A stretch of 64,000 nt of DNA. Source: Tubiluchus corallicola. Lineage: Eukaryota > Animalia > Priapulida. The DNA lies in contig JAQGDQ010000706.1 of NCBI GenBank assembly GCA_030141605.1, positions 1 to 64,000 of the forward strand, in the 5' to 3' direction. The translations under genes and the position numbers were made by a program. This document shows, one piece after another, positions 40,801 through 52,800 of this stretch. Below the pieces are notes generated by a model, which was not told the DNA's origin, made no database searches, and saw only the letters and a program-made list of their open reading frames with translations. The number at the start of each line of letters is the position of its first letter. Position 1 is the stretch's first letter.

Positions 40801-43800
40801 ACAGAAATTTGTATTTCTTACTAAGCACTTCAAAGTATTGTATTAGTTTACATTGCTTTCAGAGTAATGTTAATAAAATTTTCAAATTTATGCTACGTAT
40901 GTATCTGTACTGATAGTAGTCTTACTCTAATGATTCTACTGTTTGTAGTTTATCATCTGTACAGAAATTTGTATTTCTTACTAAGCACTTCAAAGTATTG
41001 TATTAGTTTACATTGCTTTCAGAGTAATGTTAATAAAATTTTCAAATTTATGCTACGTATATATCTGTACTGCTAGTAGTCTTACTCTAATGATTCTACT
41101 GTTTGTAGTTTATCATCTGTACAGAAATTTGTATTTCTTACTAAGCACTTCAAAGTATTGTATTAGTTTACATTGCTTTCATAGTAATGTTAATCAAATT
41201 TTCAAATTTATGCTACGTATGTATCTGTACTGCTAGTAGTCTTACTCTAATGATTCTACAGTTTATAGTTTATCGTCTCCACTCTTCTAAGTGTTACATT
41301 TCATTGCTGAGAACATTTGTCAGTTGTAAAACTGTCTTATTCTAGCCGTATTGTAATCTATGTTGTTACATTAAAACTACGTTTAAATTAAATTTGTTTT
41401 GAGTAAAAGTGTGCTAATGAATTTTGATGCTTTTCTTCATCCAAAACAATAAAAACGCAGTTATACATTGTCACATGCATCTTAACCAAGAAACATTTAA
41501 ATCAAGTGAGTGGAATGAGAGTTTCGTCTCTCTAAAACCCTCTTTGTTTTAACCTTTATTAAATTTCATTGAGTTTTAATAATTTTCAGGTACACTTGGT
41601 ATTGCTATGAGGGAATTAAAACCGCGATGCCCGATCTAAAGGATCCTGGTTGCTATGGCAACTACAATGTGTTGCTTCCTTTTAACAGTAAGAATTTACA
41701 TTTATATAAGTTACCTTCAATTCAGCATTTGTGCGTAATTAATAATTGGCTTATATTAAATTGATATCCTAAGAATGCCAATTTTGTTATTGGGTTTACC
41801 GTTTGACCGACAGAGCTAAGAGTAGTGAACACCTCTGATAACCCAGAGCTGGTCGCCTGAACATGTTTTTCTATGTAAACTCTACAGTCAGCAACTTACT
41901 TCGTTTTTAAGACTAGGGTACTTCCTAAAACTGAGTAAAAGTACCGTCGTCACCCATTGTCAGCTATTGTGTTGACTTTAAACGACATTATAGTTTCATC
42001 AGCATTTATTCAGACAGTTGTGGGTGCCTCTGTAAAGAGTTATGATTGCTTTAGAAAAGTAATTTTGGTATTCTATATTCTATTTTTACCAAACATTTGA
42101 AATACGAAGTGTCACATTTGATTCTTGACAAGTAATTATTTCATAATGTGTAATGCGATTTTCCACTAAGTAAGTGATTTTTCTTTTTTATGGGACATTT
42201 TTAACTATCAATTTTTCTCTTTTATTTTAGCCTCAATGATCACAATTCCAGCTGGAAGTTTAGAACCGAATTCTTTGCTGACATTTTGGTTTGCAATTTC
42301 CAAGACAGGTCGATCGACTCGGGCTGTGCAGCAAGTAATACAAGTGGTGCCTGGCCATATACCCGTTGTCAAACTTACGTAGGTTGCCCGTATCTGTTTT
42401 TTCATTAGTCAGGAAGCTTTACATTTATGATTGAAATCGATTTCCAAGCATTTGATAAACTAAATTTAAAAACAATCTCGTTGTTTATCATGTTTATGTT
42501 TGACAAATTTTATGGTATCACCAAGTTATTTTACCTTTAAGAATCAAGACTCTCTTTGTGTCATAATGTTTCTGTTAGCGTTTAATGTCTCCCGTTTTCA
42601 GAATGTAAGATTACTTTCTGATTTAATCTGATGCATTTTTATGCCTTTAGCTGCTTGAAGAATTGTGAATTGAAAGCGAGTCCTGATCATTCGGTCGCCT
42701 TGCAAGCCACGTGCACAAACTGCAATAAAAGTTCCATTCGGTATTTTTGGTCTGTGAACTTAGCGGGTACCAATGAAGAATGGATGTTCAATAAAACTAA
42801 TGTGATTATCTTGAAGAATGATGCTTTATCAGAGAGACAGTCGTACATCATAGAATGCAGAGGTGTGTGTAGCTTAAATACTTCCTCGGTCTGTTCGTTA
42901 GCTCAGAAAAGAACACTTATATAACGTAACAATATTACCGCACATTTACATGCAATATTTTAGTACAGGCTGCTTAAAAAGTCTGTGTACCATTTTAGGC
43001 CGGTGTCAGGTACAGCTAGATACAATCCGCTGCGTGTAGAAAAAGGCGCCCAATAAAAAATGAATATGCACTGATCAATAGGCTCTGTCATACAAATCAT
43101 CCTTTTGCCATTTGCTGCTTACCTCGGTTTGCCTACCGTTAGGCATTTCCGAGAGTCCACGGTACACTCCTTATAAGACATTTTGGGCAGCTCCTAAGGA
43201 GCCTTATGGTAATATGAGTTTGACCATTGATTTCATTTGCCATAAGGTGTTTTTGCTTGTTGCTAACGTGAAAATTAGTGTAATTAAGCTTTTTTCTTCA
43301 CACAATTGATTTGTATCATAAGCATTCCTAACACCTACATAACATAAACATTGAAAAGTATCTTTAATCTACTACACATATTTACGAATGCTATATTACC
43401 AACAACAAACATGATACGACCAGACGGTTTATTCTGACCTGACGGTTTAGTCTAGTGGTAATGCGTCTGCTTTCCGTCTGGGAGGTCGTGAGATCGAACC
43501 AGCGGCCGGGTCATACCAAAGACTTTAAAAATGGTACCTGCTGTTGCCCTGCCTGACGCGTGGTATTTAGGGTAAAAGTGGGGTAATAATAATCTCTGTT
43601 ATGTAGGTTGTTATTTACAGTCGGCGATAATAGCTCTTTGAGCTAATGTTAATTGTTCACCCCAAAAGCCGATTTTAAATAAAGATTATTATTATTATCT
43701 ATATATTAATATTCTTGGTATATATATATATATATAAGATTCGAGGCTACAGCTCCGACGAGGGCACCATTTGCGGCGATCTATATATCAAACGAAAGGT

Positions 43801-46800
43801 CTCGATCTAGTGTCGTCTCATTGGGGGTTTATTTTTCGAATGGGGCCCACCGCGAGGAACGGGGGGCGAAAAACCTCCAAAAATGGCCATTTTTCGGCCG
43901 TTTTTTGCAAAAGTTATACGGCTGAGATGTAGAGAACGGGAACGGGCCGAGGGGGGTGCTGGGTATGGATAGATAGCCCGTTCAGCGGTGGGTGTAGTAG
44001 GCATATTTAGAATTCGCGAGAGGGCCACGGCGTCCCACAACGGGCGTTTTCCCGGACCCAACTCGCGATTTTTTCGAAATTTTGATCAAACAGCCTGTGG
44101 AAAAAACGTTCTAGCGGCGCCCGGTGGGACTTTTGGAAGGAGGTATATAGCTCTTTACAAAGAGGAAGGACAGGGCTACACGATGGTGTGGGCTATATGT
44201 TAGGGCAGGTCCACCGAGAGGAGTATCGACGAGTTAATTAGGTGTTCTATTTTCCGCAAATTTCGACAATTTTCGCTTAGAAAACCTGACCGCATTCCAT
44301 TGTGCTGACGTCATCCATTGTACTCTGTCTATAAGTTTAATTCAGCAAAAAGCTGCTACTGGCTTTGCGTTAGATAAACATATACATAAACAGTAGGCAT
44401 GATGTTACGGGCTACAGGCTTTGCGTTAGGTAAGTAGGCAGGATGTTACGGGCTTTACAGGCTTTGTGTTATAAATGAGGACTGTGTAGGATGTTCACGT
44501 GTTATTGCTTATACGTGGTTTTTTTATGCAAAATCTTTTGCGGGGCCTTTGCTAGTCGTATATATTAATTCTACTGGTATGTCATACATATATTTATGTT
44601 AATTACATGTTCTATTTTCGGCAATTTTCACTTGGAAAACAGCTGACGCAAAGCCATTGTTCTGACGTCATCTATTATACTCTGTCTATAACCTTATAAC
44701 TTTAATTAGTAAAAGCTGCTGCTACTGGCTTTGCGTTACGTAAGTAAACAAACGCTAGGTAGGATGTTCACGCATTTTTGATAAAATGACCAGGATTCTG
44801 GTTTCATCGTCAAGAGGAATCTGACTAGGATTCTGCTTTCAAGTGTCGGAAAGGACCTGGCCAGGATTCTGGTTTTGGTCACTGTTGTTCTCAAAACTTC
44901 CCAGGCATGGCCAGGACAGCAGCAATGCAGGAAGAATTAACAAAACTTTCAAAAGGAAAATTATAAGGATCACTAAATTCTCCCAAGACTAACCACGAGA
45001 ATGCACTTTGTAATGTGTAAAATGACATCACGAAATCATTTAAAACATTTTAGGTGGCTTTAATTAAATTTATTTCAAACATTAAAGCATACAAGCGAAA
45101 ATTCTATAAAATAAAAATTTAAACTTCTTAAACACGTGTAGTAAGTCAAAATAGTTCGAATACTAGAATACGTTATGGACTTTACACGACTGAACAAAAT
45201 GAATTTGTAAAATAAACAACAACGGACAAAATTAATGCTTTTTGTAAGAAAACAAACAAGTTTTCCTAAAAATAAAACAACAAATATAAAGGGTCTACAA
45301 ACTTAAAACAAAAATTTTAGCCTAATCTTAGCATAACTCAAGTATTTTGCATGCTGAAGTTGTGAATTCTTGGTGACTAACACTCTTAGGGTTGCCACAC
45401 ATCAAGCGTATCCTCCTCCACTTGTACTGCAGAGACCAGAGAAGACGCTTGTCGCAGGTCAATCCTAGAAAATAAAATCCTTGTTAGTCATAGTCGTACG
45501 ATGCTTGGGGTTAAGGAGGAGGAGGAGGCGATTGCACGGCAAAAGAAGCAAATAATTATGTTTAAAATTTAAGATTTCAATGTTAAAAAATTGCTGCAAT
45601 TAAAGACTTTATGTGACGAATTGTTTATAAACTTTAATAATTATAAAGCTATGATAATACCTGCTATCAGTTTTAGTTCACTAAACCTCATAAGTCCATT
45701 ATTCACATGCTAAGCACACACTCCTCAATGTCCTGGTAAAGTTATACGCATGTTTGCAAAAGGAAAACGTAATCTGAGTCATCATTATTTCTTTTGAATT
45801 TGTCAAACGTTGGAAAAACTATTGTGAAAGTATTTGCATGTTTGTTCAGTGAAAATGCAAATGTTTGACTTGTGTCTTGTTAGACTAGTGATTTCTTCGT
45901 AAAAGACATTTATTATAATTTGGTGTTCTTGCATTTATTTATTGTTACTTTTGCAATTGCTATATGGTGTGATGTCAGGAGCTGATTGTCTCCCCCCCCT
46001 CAAATTAGAGCAACTTGGAAAATTTTCAGAGCAAATTTATTGTACCTCCCCCTTGTGAAGCTTCATCCCGTACGCCTAGCGTTTTACTAATAAGTAATTT
46101 TAATAAAACATTCTGCCATGTGAAACATTTTGAAAGCTTGATCAGAACAAAAAACTGCAGAATTTGCTTTTTAGTAATTTCTTTGATTCTTTGCATAGTC
46201 ACATCCTGTTAGCTGGAGCTTTGTTGTTCACCCACTGAATTAAACAGTAAAATATATGCAAAACTTACAAACATTTATTAGTTTTAGATTTACCCTGTGT
46301 AAATAAAACAAAAAATACCATCTGCAAATAACAAAACCTCCTGGTAATGCACGTTATACAAGTTATAACAGCACACCGGGAAGGGGAGCTGGCTGTTTCA
46401 AACCTTCCCCGCACGAATTCTGACTAAACAAAGCTGAGGTCCTTAACGACTGTTTACCAACCTAATAACAGATTTCTTTTTTATGATTTCTAAGGATTTT
46501 TTTAAAAAGGAGATTTTCCAATGTTTACTAGAGATTTTTTTAGACATTTTGTCACTTCTGTTTGCCAAAAACGAAACTTACCTCTTGCCCATATAGTAAC
46601 TCGAGAAGTGGAGCTATTTGGGTGTAGCAGAGGCTTCTCTAAGCTCTCCACCCCCAGTGCACTCAAGCGTAAGAAGTATCGATGTTGAGTCATATCCAAG
46701 GCAGGAAGCTTCAAATCTCGCCGGGGTGCAAGAATCCTTATTTCTAGTAGACCAGTTACTTTAGCAAAAGCTTGTGGATGTATGTGCAAGAGCTCTTCAT

Positions 46801-49800
46801 CAAAATCGAATGCAAGTCGTTCAGTGGTACCTTCAATAGCATTAGCAGGCAAGGTAGTGAATTTACCTACTTTTATGTATAATCCATTCATTGATTTGCC
46901 AGTAAAATTCATTCTGAAAGCATTTCCATCAGCGGGTTCGTTGGTTGCGAATTGTTCGATAAAAAGTAAATCTATAGGTTGAGGAAGCTTATCAACTATA
47001 TTCTGAATATCCTCAGGTTTCAAGCAATAACCTTCATATGGTGTTCCCGAGTAGCACTTTGGTTCTTGAGAGTTTGGTCTGCAGAATATAGTACAATTGT
47101 CTCCATTGGTAAAGCGTGTGAAATGAGAGCATAAATGATGGTCAATCTTTTTACAAAAGTCTGAAAACCCTCGCTGAATGCACATCACGACAATAATAAA
47201 TGCACCACAAAGGATTATAGAAACTTTAGGTGCCTCCATCTTAGTGCAAACAGGTCAACAAGTTAAGTTAGTACGCTTGACTGTCTTCGAAACGGATATT
47301 GAAGGTAGCAGACACAAGTTTCAAATGAGCAAAAATTAGAATGTTTAGGAGGAATGAACAATAGTTAATGCTTTACCGTAACTATGACAACATGACGTAA
47401 TAATGTCTCTGCGTAACTTATCATCGCATATATTAATTCTACAGGTATGGGCTTAATATATATATTTATATTTATATAAGATTCGAGGCTACAGCTCCGA
47501 CGACTGCGCCATTTGCGGCGATCTATACATCAAACGAAGGGTCTCGATCTAGTGTTGTCTCATTTGTGGTATATTTTTCGAATCGGGCCCACCGGGATGA
47601 ACGGGGGGTGAAAAACATCCAAAAATGGCCATTTTCGGCTGTTTTTTGCAAAAGTTATACGTCTGAGATGTAGAGAACGGGAATGGGCCGAGGGTGGTTC
47701 TTGCTATGGATAGATAGCCCTTTCAGCGATGGGTGTCATAGGCCTATTTAGAATTCGCGAGAGGGTCATAGCGTCCAGTGACGGGCGTTTCCCGGACCCA
47801 ACTCGCTATTTTTTCGAAATTTTTGTCAAACAGCCTGCAGAAAAAACGGTCTAGTGGCGCCCGGTGGGACTCTCAGAAAGAGATATATTGCTCTTTAGAA
47901 AGAGGAAGAACAGGGCTACACAATGATGTGGGCTATATTTTAGGGCAGGTCCACCAAGAGGAGTGACGACGAGTTAATTACATGTTCTATTTTTGACAAT
48001 TTTAGCTTGGAAAACTGCTGACGCAAAGCCATTGTTCTGACGTCATCCATTATACTCTGCCTATAACCTTAAAACTTTAATTCAGTAAAAGCTGCTGCTG
48101 GCTTTGCGTTATAAGTGAGGACTATGTAGGATGTTCGCGAATTTTTGATTATATGTGTATTTCTACGCAAATTTTTTTGCTGGGCCTTTGCTAGTTATTA
48201 TTATTATTATTATTAAGTATCGTATACTACATGCAGTAGGCAGCATACCAGTTAACCATATTATACAATGCATGTGATTGACAATCTGTTATTCTGTAGT
48301 GATTAATAAGAATATTACTTAAAGAGCCGTTAATAAAATTTGCAGTTATTAGGAATATTTGACAATAAACCGTTCTGTCATATTAACACATTATCTAGTC
48401 GTCGGTACGTGAACATGAAACAGACTTTTCCCATAAGTTTCTTACAGCGAGGCTTTTTTAACATCGCGAGTGAGCATCGTTTTATTCTGTTCGTAGATTG
48501 TGTGGTTTGTGATTGTGTGTTCAGCCTACTGTACTAAGTTACTAGTGAACATCTTGCTATAGGCTTTTAGAATATATTAAGCTATTAATATAGTAACTAT
48601 TATGTATTAACTATTAAACTATAATATCTACTAGCAAAGGCCCTGCAAAAACAGTCCTACCTAGTCCTCACTTATAACGTAAAGCCAGTAGCAGCTTTTA
48701 CTGAATTAAGTTATAAGGTTACAGACAGAGTATAATGGATGACGTCAGAACAATGGCTTTACGTCAGCAATTTTCCAAGCGAAAATTGCTGAAAATGGAA
48801 CATTTAATTAACTCGTCGGTACTCCTCTTGGTGGACGTGTCCTAAAATATAGCCCACATCATCCTGTAGCCCTGTTCTTCCTCTTTCTAAAGAGCTATAT
48901 ATCTCCTTTCGAGAGTCGAGAGTCTCCTTCCGAGAGTCCCACCAGGCGCCGCTATAACGTTTTTCTGCAGGCTGTTTGATCAAAATTTCGAAAAAATTGC
49001 AAGTTGGGTCCAGGAAAACGTCCGTTGCGGGACCCCGTGGCCCTCTCGCGAAGTCTCAATACGCCTACTACACCCACCGCTATCTACCCGTGGCCAGCAC
49101 CACCCTCGGCCCATTCCCGTTCTTCAGAAATAAGAGGTATAAGTTTTGCAAAAAACGGTCTAAAAATGGCCATTTTTGGAGGTTTTTCGCCCCCCCGTTC
49201 CTCCCGGTGGGCCCGATTCGAAAAATAAACCATCAATGGCATGACACTAGATCGAGACATTTCGTCTGATGTATAGATCGCCGCAAATGGTGCCGCCGTC
49301 GGAGCTGTAGCCTCGAATCTTATATATATATATAAATATATATATGACATACCAGTGGAATTAATATATACGATTACATTAAAATATTGCAATTTCGTGC
49401 CTCCTGCCAAAAAATGGATTGTGGCAAAACGCCTTGCTATTTACGACATGCACCTTACGGAAGATGGAAGACGCCTTATGGCTTTTTGATCATGTCTTGC
49501 TCCTTACAGCTTTTTCTGTGTGATACGAGCCTTAAACTCTTTAAGAACATTTGATGCACAAAATTTCGTATACTTTTGTGCGAGGAATGTTTGTGGATGG
49601 GAATTTATTTGTTCGTTTTTAAAGTTTTGGGACTAAAGATCATACCCGTCTTAATGATTTTGTTTAACTTCCCACAAGAGATTGTCCTATGGAAACTATA
49701 TTTTCTTCACGCGCGCTAGCTCTTCCAGACCATTGCTTTTTGATCACTGGTAGTAAGTTGTTTTTAAGGCTTTACATGCATGTACGCATAGAATTCATAG

Positions 49801-52800
49801 TGTTGTTTCCTTATTGTAATGGATTCTGGTCAGTTTTTGAGCAATAGTGACAGATTTTGTTTCTTAAATAACTCACTATGTAATTATTTGTTTTAGATTT
49901 TATTAGGAAAATCCAACGTTATATGAAATTTATTACGTAGTGTTTTGTTTATGAAACAAATGTTGTTGTTATTTCAAAGAATTTAAAAACTTTATAATAG
50001 CGAGGGGTTTTCGGCTTGTCCGACGAAAAATGCACTTTGTGAAAGAACAAAGCTGCACATGGACTGCACAAACACACTGCGATAATTAGTAGCAATGTCT
50101 TTAAGTTTACTTATTTAGAGGTATGGTTGCACTGTGAATTAATTTATGTGCAGTTTGTAATGAAACTATTTATTAGCTGTTCAAATTTCAGGCGTACAAG
50201 GTAACGATGTTGCATTTGGCCTCAGCTCATACAAGTTTGTGGTTAATGAGAGACCTATCAATGGAGCATGCTCTATTCACCCAGCTAAAGGTGAATATAT
50301 GCAATATCTGTCACAATAAGAAGTTTGTTTTAGTTAGAACTTCAGTTAGTTATAAGAATTAATTAACTCAAGTCATACCAATATAACGTTAAACCCGCTT
50401 GTTATAATCATGTTATGAGTAGGATATATGACGGGTTGAAGTTGGCATGCTTTGCGCATGTTTCGCCAGTACCGCATTCCATACGCACTCCTGTTTGTTA
50501 TACCTATATAAGTCTATTAGCAATCTATAAGATATTAATCTATGTAAGTTTCTAAATCTATATTTTTCTAAATCATACAAGTCCATTTATGTGCAAAAGT
50601 TACAAAAATTCCTTCATAATCTACTCCATTTTATCGCGAAGAAGTTGGTTCAGAAAGTTCTGATAATGATAAAAACATTGTTGCTGTACGATGCACAAAT
50701 TCTGGTAAAATATTTATTGCTTGGCGTGCTTAAACTGTTGGTGGTGCCCGTGTTTCCCCGCAAGTAGCATCGCCTATAGTTTCGCCTAAGCTCCCGCAGC
50801 TATTGTGACGCCCTCACTGTACTGGACCTGCGTTACTGTGTTAAACTTCTGGCAAAGACAGCCAAAGCTTGAAAAGCAAACCACTAAGCAAGTGACTAAG
50901 TGTTTAGCTTCCAGGAATTCTTAGGTAACGAGGTTAATTGCAGTGGGCGAGCGAGTAACTGATTCAAAACAACACCGCTACGCTAGCATATTAGCGCATG
51001 ATAAACGTACCTGCTTACAAACCAAACAGTACTTAACATGATTGTTTCTACCGGCTAATTACTGTACCTGAATCTTTGACTGTTACGTCATTAAGCCTGA
51101 AAGCATGATTTGCAACTAGAGCATCAAAAGGAAACAACTAAGCAAGTGACTAAATGTTTAGCTTCCAGAAATTCTTTGGGTAACAGTGGGCGAGCGGGTA
51201 ACAGATTCAAAGCAAAGCCGCTACGCTAGCGTATTAGCGCATGATAAATGTACCTGCTTATAAACAAAACGGTACTTAACATGATTCTTACTTAGTGCAC
51301 AAAAGGGAAGTAAAAGTAGTAGAGTTTCTTTGGGCACATGCAAATATCTTAAGTAGGTAAAGGAAAAATATTGAGTCAATTATGCGGAATTATTTGAGTC
51401 AGTTACCGACAGTGTACATGTACATGTGAATAGAAGGTAGCACAATGGGTTCAGTTATAGCACTGTCAGATCCAATGTCACTATCACTTACTGCAGACTG
51501 ACTACAATATTACAATTGTACTTGTCGGAAAATCGCATACATATTTCCCGAAGATAAATTTAATTTTATGTGTCTATAAACCCCCCCCCCCTAAATTCTC
51601 TAGCATTTTTTCTAATTAATGAATTTTCCTTTAACTACAGTCTTATAATATAGCCTTGAATGTTAGACTTAGATTTTCTCTTATGATAGGTCTGTAGGTA
51701 GTTTCAGGCCAGGCATATTATGCATTGCATGAAGCCCAGTATTTAGATTAGTTTATGAAGGAAAAGTTTATATAAAACCGCTCTACATGAGCAACGAGGA
51801 CTCTCTTAGCTTTCACTGGCTAACAGAGCAAGTCCCTCTATATAGCCCTATAGTGCTAAATTATAGTTAACATTATGGTGCACCTAAATTGAATTTATAT
51901 TGTGTCTTATAAGATGATTATCGTGCTTTAGTGCATTGTGCTACTTGTGATAATATGCTATTCATGTAATTGGTAATATATAAGTAAACATTTATGATAG
52001 TTAACTAACACGATATATTTGTAATGTGAGGACGAACCATAGCTTGTGAAAGATAAAATTAAATTTATCTTCGGGAAATATATTATTACGGAGGCACCTG
52101 TGTCGGGTCTGGTGTAGGACCCTCTACATGCCCTGCTTCCACGTCAGCAGCGACTCACCCCTTTCTTGTAGGTCCAGACGTCTTGTTTGGGCCTACACGT
52201 GGTGTGAGAAGCCAGCTGACCTGGAATGCCAGTATAAAAGCGCGAAGAGGTCACTACAGCCTGGATTTCTGATACTGGTGCTCCTACGGTGTAGTGCTGT
52301 TACTGAGTTAGTTAGTTTTTTTTTGTGCACGTGTATTTTGGTTCCTTATTTTTATTAGTGCTGATAATAAACTCCGTACAGTGTAGTTTTTGTGTATTTT
52401 GTTTTATGAGAGTTAAATGACATGCTATAACAGGTATATGGTACTAGTTTACAGACATTAACTTAGTACACGTGATTTCCCGACAAGTACTAAACATCTA
52501 ACTGCTGTGTTAACAAAAAATGCTGATCTAATAACATCACACTCATCACTCCGTCACTAATACGTTAACACAACATGGTTTTGAAATTTTACTAGGAATT
52601 TCGCTGCAGACTCTGTTTTCTGTTTATTGTGACGGATTTACAGATGAAGATCATCCTCTCACTTATGAGTTTTTCTACAAAACTGACTTAGAAGATGATG
52701 GCATTATGGTAAGAAAAGGTTTGTAAAAATTTTTTATTTTTATTGTCAGCTTTTTTATTTTCCATCTTACATTAATAAAAAACCACAGTGTTGAATTCGA

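Noticed and set aside
40227-41236. Six near-identical 68-69 aa ORFs resembling a peptide gene array
   Set aside because: They are by-products of the 160-bp intronic tandem repeat; they overlap in shifting frames and have no gene signals.
46502-46581. Intronless (retrogene or horizontally acquired) 245-aa ORF
   Set aside because: A strong donor at 46581 and an in-phase LRRCT-like second exon indicate the last ~25 aa of the ORF are intron.
43698-49373. One large cut-and-paste transposon with long TIRs (H1 and H4)
   Set aside because: Each copy has its own TC 5' end and CTAG 3' end at A|T sites with no TSD, a third direct copy exists, and the ATT tail resumes after H3. Separate Helitrons explain this better.
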